A DNA stretch of 64,000 nucleotides, taken from contig OZ241889.1 of NCBI GenBank assembly GCA_965203355.1, positions 4,032,001-4,096,000 of the forward strand, in the 5' to 3' direction. The position numbers and the translations under genes are program-made. Below are positions 57,610 to 64,000 of this stretch, piece after piece; position 1 is the first letter of the stretch; every line of letters starts with the position of its first letter. The notes under the pieces are model-generated. The model did not search any database. It was not told the origin of the DNA and was given only the letters and a program-made list of their open reading frames with translations. The DNA is from Candidatus Latescibacterota bacterium. Its GTDB lineage: Bacteria > Latescibacterota > UBA2968 > UBA8231.

Positions 57610-59097
57610 TCACCGCATCATATCGTAGCGAGCAAAGCCCCTTATCACGGCCAGCCAAGTCAAACCCGCATAGACAAACAGAGACAGCAGACCCGGTGCC
57701 ATTCTACCTAGCCGTTGAGACAGGGGCTCCCGGCGCTCGGCAAACACCGGCCGATCGCGCAGCCGATTTGTCCTCGGATGACATACTGGGTTGACCGATA
57801 TATTCCAGGCGCCCAAACGCGTCGTGCGCCCGTAGATACGCCACGAGTTGCTTGCGGTACTGACGCGCCTGATGGACAAAATCGTAAAAAACCCCGGCAT
57901 CCGTACCGGCCAAGCCGCCGGTAACTTCTAGGTAGGCTCCCGCTGGGGTCACCCGCTGCAACTGGGTGTTGAGGCGGATGAGCGACCGGGGCCGATCTTC
58001 CCAAAGAGGCCGGCAAGCCTGCCACACTTTTTGGGCATATTGGAGGCGTAGATGCTCCCCGGCTCGCAGCATGTTTAAAAAGCCGGTCATACGGGCATCC
58101 TGCCGAAGCCCGCTGATCTGGAAAGACGGTGTGCTTCCAGTACCATTTCTATACCCATAAGTGATTAAGTGGAACGGAGGATGGGTATCGCCCAACCCCG
58201 CCGTCCGCACCAAACTGTTAGCCTGTTTTTGGTACTCGTTCCATAGCTCGGCTTCTATCGCCTCGGCTTGCTCGGCATCCGCTTGCCGATGATACTGCTG
58301 ATTGACGAAAAAAGTTACACTACTCGGCAGGACAATCACCAGAAACGCCCAGGTGAATAAACCGTATATCAGACTCGTCGAAGTGTTGTCTGTGTAGCAC
58401 GAAATAGCCATGCCAATTAGGTAGAATAGGGCTATGTAAAATAAGGAAGCCATCCAAGTCCCGACGAGACCGCCCAGTCGGCTGCTGTAAGCTGAACGTG
58501 TGTAGAAGCAATCAGAAAAATCGCCAGACCGAGAAAGCCCAAGAAGAGCGGCACATTCAGGAGCGTAAGACCGCCCAAGAACTTGCCTATCACGACCTGC
58601 ACACGAGAGACATTCGTCGTCAGCAGCAGCGCTAACGTGCCGTCTTCTCTTTCGCCTGAAATGGTCTCGCAGGCAAAGATAATGGCCAACAGAGCTAAAA
58701 AGACTTGGATGACATGGACGACATCCAAGGCACCTATGATGGCGAGTAAAGGATTGCCAGTCGTCGATAGGGTGTGCTTATCGGCAAGGTAGGGTATCTG
58801 ATATATTGCAATGGGCACGACCGAGCTCTTTTGCTCGGTGACGCCCCGGTCCAGGACTTCGAGCGGGCTCGGCGGACGGACGACCTTCGTCCGCAATTTG
58901 TGGTAGCTATATATCTTGCGGAGTTCGTCGGCCGTTTCGGCAACGATCCGATCGTGCTCGATCTGTGCTCTTTCGTGACTAGCTATACGCAGTAGGCCAA
59001 TGATCCATATTAGCGATACGACAAGCAGGGTGCAGGAGATAAAGCGCCGACTGGTTAGCTGCTCTAGCAACTCTTTTTTCCAGATGGTTTTTATCAT
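57610..59097 (-). pseudogene. ABC-2-type permease with two frameshifts (about 58460 and about 57780)
   Basis: Three consecutive frames: MIKTIWKKEL..ISGEREDGTL; MASLFY..VVLP..ARQYR; PVF.ER..FARYD. Confidence 0.8.
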
Positions 59098-59108
59098 TTT
59101 CACCATTA

Positions 59109-59149
59109 GAGAGCAGGTAAGCAAATATTGAACTCACTTACCTGCTCTC
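59109..59149. terminator. 13-bp perfect hairpin between the peptide gene and the permease
   Basis: GAGAGCAGGTAAG-N15-CTTACCTGCTCTC, with no clear U-tract. Confidence 0.55.
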
Positions 59150-59170
59150 CACCTCTGCTAGATGGATGTG

Positions 59171-59374
59171 CTATACACAGCCAGTTGCAATGGAAACATT
59201 ACCATTGCTGAAAGGGACTGTCGATACGCACATGTCATCAGAAGGGCATGACCACGTTACTGTGTGGCCACCCGCCGTTACGCGGCAGTTGTCATCGGCC
59301 CTTGCTTGGTTCGGTAAGAGCCAAGCCATTAGGCCGACGAGGGAGACCCCCGCTCACACGAATATCCGCTTCAT
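59171..59374 (-). pseudogene. Secreted Cys-rich peptide with an in-frame TGA at codon 7
   Basis: AGGAGG RBS. Manual translation: MKRIFV*AGVSLVGLMAWLLPNQARA-DDNCRVTAGGHTVTWSCPSDDMCVSTVPFSNGNVSIATGCV. Confidence 0.65.
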
Positions 59375-59397
59375 GGTAAATTCCTCCTGTAAAAGGT

Positions 59398-60333
59398 TTA
59401 CAGTAAGTTAAAGAAGTAGGCCCCTCCTACTTCTCCAGGGCTATAGAATGCCTCCAAATAACGCCACAGCTTCTCGTTTTGATCCCACATCAAACGAAAA
59501 AACGACGATGTGCGTTTTGGGGCTGGATCAGGTGTAAACGTTAATGGCTCCTCCACAATGAAAAACACATCTACACAGATAATTTTGTCCCCGGCTTCTA
59601 AGAGTGCTGGGATGCTACCATTTAGCTCTGTCGGATAATGTTTATATCCCATAGGTACCATTCCTCGATCAGATGCCAAGCCCAAGAACGTCGGATCCCC
59701 TTTCTTTAGCTCAAACACCCTAAAGCTACTGTCGTGAAACGATACGTTTTCTATAAGATATTCCTCATCGTTGCTTAGTGCATTTTTGTATATTGAGCGA
59801 AACAGCGGTAGGGCCCCTTCCTGCGAAGCGGTCTCAGCCCTCGCTCTGACACCATCAATGAACTTTTTAACTACCTTCTCTATCTCTTCTTTGCTAGTTA
59901 GTGTGGTACCGTCTGGCCCTTTGATGGCGATGCTTGGATTTTGAACATTGGCCCGGGCGAAATCAGCCCAGCCCATACTTTGGTCTATATATCTTTCCTT
60001 GTTAAATCCCGCCCTCAGGTAAAAGGCCGCCACCAAGCTATCGTTGCCCGACTCGGAAAACGCAATCAGATACTGGCGCAACCAGTCTCGCAAGCCACGC
60101 TCTTGCTCCAAGTCTATGGCCGTTTCCAAGTTGATGGGTATCGCGTCAATGGCTTGATCCAGTTCTCTACCTGCCTGGACCTTGATCATCTCAAGGCCGT
60201 TTATGTAGTCGTTAAACTCTGGTATGTTTTCTTTGGTAAAGCCGCTGTAACCCCCTGCTCTCGCTTGAATCGGCGACAATATCGAACTGAGTCCGATAAC
60301 AAGGGCACTGAAAAATAGTACTAGCGTTTTCAT
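59398..60333 (-). CDS. Hypothetical secreted protein
   Basis: GGAGAGG RBS. Signal peptide MKTLVLFFSALVIGLSSILSPIQARA. Confidence 0.75.
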   Translation of the reverse strand: MKTLVLFFSALVIGLSSILSPIQARAGGYSGFTKENIPEFNDYINGLEMIKVQAGRELDQAIDAIPINLETAIDLEQERGLRDWLRQYLIAFSESGNDSLVAAFYLRAGFNKERYIDQSMGWADFARANVQNPSIAIKGPDGTTLTSKEEIEKVVKKFIDGVRARAETASQEGALPLFRSIYKNALSNDEEYLIENVSFHDSSFRVFELKKGDPTFLGLASDRGMVPMGYKHYPTELNGSIPALLEAGDKIICVDVFFIVEEPLTFTPDPAPKRTSSFFRLMWDQNEKLWRYLEAFYSPGEVGGAYFFNLL

Positions 60334-60443
60334 AGCAAACCTCTCCGCGTGTGCGGTTGTAACCTTCGCATTGTATAAAAATCCCATGTCATCGGAGACT
60401 GGATTACGCTTTCGCGGGGTCGATGTTTAGGATTTCTATATGT

Positions 60444-60473
60444 AAGACGGATGCCGACCGAGAAAAGTTTTAC
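60444..60473 (-). promoter_or_regulatory. Putative ECF sigma promoter (copy 2)
   Basis: GTAAAACTTTT-N13-CGTCTT, with boxes identical to 62994-63023. Confidence 0.75.
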
Positions 60474-60489
60474 CGGGAGAGCAAGAAAA

Positions 60490-61818
60490 TTAAAATGGAT
60501 GTGTTTTCCATACCGCCTTTTCGCTAAAGGCGTCGAGATCCAAGTCGCCGCGAGAGTAAGCGTCAATAGCAGCCTTGGGGACCTGCAGAAGGTACGTCTG
60601 ATCTGAGTGATATTCGACCTCTCCAGCGACCTGCAGAAAGTGAGTCGTGCGACCCGTGCGGTATTCGACGATAACGTGCTCATCGGGCTGGACTTGACTG
60701 AGAGTTGCGCCGTAGTCGGCGATGACTTCGGCGATGTTGGCTTTGACGTCGGCGAGAGGCAAAGGTCTAAAGCGAAACACCGAGTCACTAATAAAAAAGA
60801 GAGCACCTAAACCCGGCTGATACATCCCCACAGTGCGTTGGGTTCCAATAAAGGGATGATGATCTTGCCCCGAGACTTGGTCGAGTATGCCGGCCATGAT
60901 GTCGATTTTTTTCAAGTCAGTGTATTCGGAAAAGGCGATGCGCTGGCGGAAAGTAGCCGAGTCAATGCGCCCTTCGCGAAAGGCGTCAATGGCTGATTTT
61001 TCAGCGGTAGCGGTGATTAGAAAGGCATCAGCGGCAGCGCGACCATGGCCGCGATTAGATCCGTGTACCTGAGCGACTATGTATCCGTAAGCGAGCGAAT
61101 CGGCCGCCAAAACGTCAGTCAACAGGGAGTCTCCGACCACCACGGCTGCCGACTTGACTTCGCCCTCTGCTGCTCCTTCCTCTAAGTGCTTCCTCAATCT
61201 GGTTATCGCCTCGACTTGCTCGTCAATGTCGAAGAAAGACACAGAATCCCCAAAGGTCAGGACTAACTGTTCAAAATCGAAGGATCCCGCCCTAGGCATA
61301 ATAGCTTCGATTTGCTTGGTAAGGTCGAAGGACACGGAATCTGCACCGAATGTAAAGTCATTGGGGATATGACCTAGGCTGCTTGCTAGGTCGCTTGGCG
61401 GACGAAGCTGGTAACAGACCGTAATCCGGTCGTCTGGGTCGAGTTGGCCGATGATGCCAGCGTAGTTGCCCAGAAATTCGGCGAGTAGATCGCGGCCTTC
61501 TGCCAGCGACTTCTCGTACGATGCGGGAGCACTCGATTTCAACCCAAGATGCTTGACGCCCTTTGCGTCCCAGGCGACCGATAGGCCGGGCCGGGCCTGC
61601 GTGAGCCATGCTCTTTCGCTAAAAAAGAAGACTCCGTAGCCATCGAGGTACAAACCACGCGGGGAGGAGTTGGTCGGATCAGGCGCGTCGTGATACAGAT
61701 TGTCGAGCACTCCCTCCATAATGCGAATGTCGCGCTGCATGCGCTGGGGGTCCAGGTCGGCGAGGCTGGCCGTGGCCATGCAGCCAGCGACTAGAATGGC
61801 GCGGTAAAGTGTAGTCAT
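60490..61818 (-). CDS. Secreted protein with a tandemly duplicated domain, in the ECF operon
   Basis: Signal peptide. Paired segments DIRIMEGVLD/IDIMAGILD, GLYLDGYG/GMYQPGLG and KSAIDAF/KAAIDAY. Confidence 0.75.
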   Translation of the reverse strand: MTTLYRAILVAGCMATASLADLDPQRMQRDIRIMEGVLDNLYHDAPDPTNSSPRGLYLDGYGVFFFSERAWLTQARPGLSVAWDAKGVKHLGLKSSAPASYEKSLAEGRDLLAEFLGNYAGIIGQLDPDDRITVCYQLRPPSDLASSLGHIPNDFTFGADSVSFDLTKQIEAIMPRAGSFDFEQLVLTFGDSVSFFDIDEQVEAITRLRKHLEEGAAEGEVKSAAVVVGDSLLTDVLAADSLAYGYIVAQVHGSNRGHGRAAADAFLITATAEKSAIDAFREGRIDSATFRQRIAFSEYTDLKKIDIMAGILDQVSGQDHHPFIGTQRTVGMYQPGLGALFFISDSVFRFRPLPLADVKANIAEVIADYGATLSQVQPDEHVIVEYRTGRTTHFLQVAGEVEYHSDQTYLLQVPKAAIDAYSRGDLDLDAFSEKAVWKTHPF

Positions 61819-61827
61819 GGAAATATC

Positions 61828-62439
61828 CTATGGGTTGATATAGCGCACCGCTGGCAACACTTCCATCACGGGTGCTTCGTTGCGGCGCAAGTGGATGTAG
61901 ATCTCGCGGTCGAACTGTTCAAACTGGCGGTTGATGAGCTGCAAGTCTTGGTAGCGCTGGGCTTGGATCTCGGTCAGCAAATGGTCGAGGACGCGCTGCT
62001 GGCGCACCGCTGAAGCCCGCAGAAGCTGGTTCACTAACGCGAAGGTGCCCTCCTGTGTGGCCAGTACTTCCGCCCGAGTGATGGGTTCATCCGCCAACGC
62101 CTCCCCCCACTTGAGGTCGAGCTCGCCGGCGCGATAGCTGAGTTCAAACTCCGGCCACGCCAAAAAGAACGCTAGCGCCACCACGGCCGCAGCGGCCAAG
62201 CCCGCCATCAGGCGGAAGCGCCGACGCGGTACTTTCGCCTCGACAAACGTCAGGTCCAGGCGCGGAACCTCGTCCGGCCAAGCCCGCAGCAATGCCTGCG
62301 TGCCCTCGAGCGCGTCGAGTTCGCGGCGACACGTCGCACAGGTGGCCACGTGTTCTTTAATGCGCTCCTGTTCCCCTTCCTCGCATTCGCCGTAGAAAAA
62401 GGTTAGCAGGTCTTCTTTTTTCACCTTACAACAATCCAT
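61828..62439 (-). CDS. Zinc-binding (ZAS, zf-HC2) anti-sigma factor with a TM helix
   Basis: HVATCATC, TM segment LMAGLAAAAVVALAFFL. Overlaps the sigma gene. Confidence 0.85.
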   Translation of the reverse strand: MDCCKVKKEDLLTFFYGECEEGEQERIKEHVATCATCRRELDALEGTQALLRAWPDEVPRLDLTFVEAKVPRRRFRLMAGLAAAAVVALAFFLAWPEFELSYRAGELDLKWGEALADEPITRAEVLATQEGTFALVNQLLRASAVRQQRVLDHLLTEIQAQRYQDLQLINRQFEQFDREIYIHLRRNEAPVMEVLPAVRYINP

Positions 62440-62986
62440 CTTGGTCAATGTCCCACTGGTTAAGGGTTTTTCGCAGTGCCTTGAGGCCGTAGTAGAGGCG
62501 CGATTTGACGGTGTTGACCGAGGCGTTGAGCACTTCGGCGATTTCCCGAAATTTCAGCCCCTCGTATTCCTTGAGCACCACCACGACGCGCTGTTCTTCG
62601 GGCAGGGTCTGCAAGGCGCGGTTGAGCAGCTCGCGTAGCTCGTCTTGGTGCGCATCGGCAGCTTGGCACAGGGCCGGATGAGGCCGGGTGCTTGCTTCCT
62701 CGTACGCGTCGAGCGAAACGTGTGGCTTGCGCTGGCGCAGGTGGTCGCGGCACAGATTAGCGGCAATCTGGTAGAGCCACGTAGAAAAGCACTCGGGGTC
62801 GCGCAGCCGGTGCAACTGGCCATAGGCGCGGATAAAGCTCTGCTGGCAAAGGTCGCGCGCTTCTTCGGCATCGCCGCTGTAGCGGAGCGCGAAGAGATAG
62901 AGACGGCCCTGCCAGCGCCAGACCAAGATATTGAACGCTTGGTGCTGACCGGCCTTGAAGCGCAAGATGAGATCGGCGTCGCTCAT
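62426..62986 (-). CDS. ECF sigma-70 factor
   Basis: EARDLCQQSF, FSTWLYQIAANLCRD and EGLKFREIAEVL..SVNTVKSRL. Confidence 0.93.
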   Translation of the reverse strand: MSDADLILRFKAGQHQAFNILVWRWQGRLYLFALRYSGDAEEARDLCQQSFIRAYGQLHRLRDPECFSTWLYQIAANLCRDHLRQRKPHVSLDAYEEASTRPHPALCQAADAHQDELRELLNRALQTLPEEQRVVVVLKEYEGLKFREIAEVLNASVNTVKSRLYYGLKALRKTLNQWDIDQDGLL

Positions 62987-62993
62987 GTCATTA

Positions 62994-63023
62994 AAGACGA
63001 GAGCTGAGCACAAAAAGTTTTAC
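62994..63023 (-). promoter_or_regulatory. Putative autoregulatory ECF promoter (copy 1)
   Basis: GTAAAACTTTT-N13-CGTCTT ending 7 nt before the sigma ATG. Confidence 0.75.
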
Positions 63024-63063
63024 GCGAGAAAAATTTTATTATCGAAGCAAGCAATCGCCCCAA

Positions 63064-63630
63064 TCACAGGTCGATCCAGTAGCGCAACTTCTCAATGAAC
63101 GGCGCAGGTTTGCGGCCCTCGGCGCGAAATGTTTGGCTGGGCATGGTCATCGCGCTCTCGAATTGGCCGCCGTTGTGCTCAATAATTTTGCGCGAGCCAA
63201 TGTTGTCCGAGTCGCAGGTGACCAGCACGCGACGCAGCCCCAGCCCCCGCGCCACCACCAGCGTCAGGGCGAGAATAGCTTTGCCGTAACCGCGACACCG
63301 CCGCGCGGGTCGGATGCTGTAGCCAATGTGCCCTCCGTAGGTGAGCAAATACGGGGTGCTGAGTTCGGGCCTTATGGAGGTTTGGCCGATGTACTCGCCG
63401 TCGTGTACGAGCCAGAGCACTCGGTCCGGGTATCGCCGCCGCAAACCCGGGGCATCGGCGAGCCCCTTGAGGTCGCGCACGAATCGCGGGAACTGGTCGG
63501 CGAGGGCGTGGCGGTCGTAGCCGAGCGAGCGGGCGTATGTCGAGTCGAAACGACCTTCGGCCAAGAATTCGGCCGCGCCCGCTAGGAAGCTATCCCGGTA
63601 CAGGACGGAAGGCGAGACGAGGGATTGCAC
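63064..63630 (-). CDS. GNAT family N-acetyltransferase
   Basis: GGHIGYSIRP..RCRGYG, VLVTCDSDNIGSRKIIEHNGG. Confidence 0.9.
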   Translation of the reverse strand: MQSLVSPSVLYRDSFLAGAAEFLAEGRFDSTYARSLGYDRHALADQFPRFVRDLKGLADAPGLRRRYPDRVLWLVHDGEYIGQTSIRPELSTPYLLTYGGHIGYSIRPARRCRGYGKAILALTLVVARGLGLRRVLVTCDSDNIGSRKIIEHNGGQFESAMTMPSQTFRAEGRKPAPFIEKLRYWIDL

Positions 63631-63792
63631 GATAGGTTATGGGCAGGATGGTGGGGATGGGGCAAGGTAGGGCGTGGCGACTAGACCGTCAACCGAACGG
63701 TGCGCTTGCCCATGCACGGGTCTTATTAATTGCCTAAAATATAGATAGCTCCCCTCTTGAGAGTTAGCTTGTACACAACGAAACGAACAACC

Positions 63793-64000
63793 ATGAGCGA
63801 AACTATCCAGCTCAGCGCGATCTCGGTCGGCGCGATCCTCCGCAACATAGCCCCGGCCAGACTCTACGAAGAAGCCCTGCGCCACGAGCGCGGATCCACC
63901 ATTTCCGACCAAGGCGCACTCGTGGTTTCCTCGGGGGCCAAGACCGGGCGCAGTCCCGGCGATAAGCGCATCGTCTTCGATCCGCAAAGCAGCACCGACA
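63793..64000 (+). CDS. pckA: Phosphoenolpyruvate carboxykinase (ATP), 5' part
   Basis: Manual translation: MSETIQL..RNIAPARLYEEAL..GAL..SGAKTGRSPGDKRIV. Truncated by the window end. Confidence 0.9.
   Translation, partial: MSETIQLSAISVGAILRNIAPARLYEEALRHERGSTISDQGALVVSSGAKTGRSPGDKRIVFDPQSSTD

Overview
This is a GC-rich, gene-dense bacterial chromosome window. I found no rRNA, tRNA or CRISPR array. The gene mix includes many enolase-superfamily, SDR and PhyH enzymes, a DUF6785-like membrane protein, eukaryote-like LRR, TPR and NHL proteins and a microcompartment locus. That mix suggests a Latescibacterota/Poribacteria-like, possibly sponge-associated organism (inference). The main candidate for an undescribed system is a bacterial microcompartment (BMC) operon at about 25.9-35.8 kb. 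It has PduP-like aldehyde dehydrogenase and PduL with encapsulation peptides, and its likely signature enzyme is a DHDPS/NAL-family class I aldolase carrying a BMC-associated N-terminal module. It also encodes a Cys-rich accessory protein and a shell protein with FOUR tandem BMC domains, whose gene overlaps a two-domain shell gene (4+2=6, a possible heterodimeric pseudo-hexamer). An FAH hydrolase and an L-rhamnose mutarotase lie next to the operon. Other points of interest: an AT-rich ABC-ATPase + TOPRIM-like pair (defence candidate); a Mn/Zn ABC system with both permeases fused to DtxR-like domains; a phage-like islet with a TA pair; a structured intergenic RNA candidate; a peptidase-like/AAC(3) fusion; a class I LysRS lacking the KMSKS lysines; an E2 lacking its catalytic His; and an ECF sigma module whose exact promoter motif recurs upstream of a decaying operon containing an unannotated secreted Cys-rich peptide. 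All family assignments come from motif recognition by eye, not from database searches.
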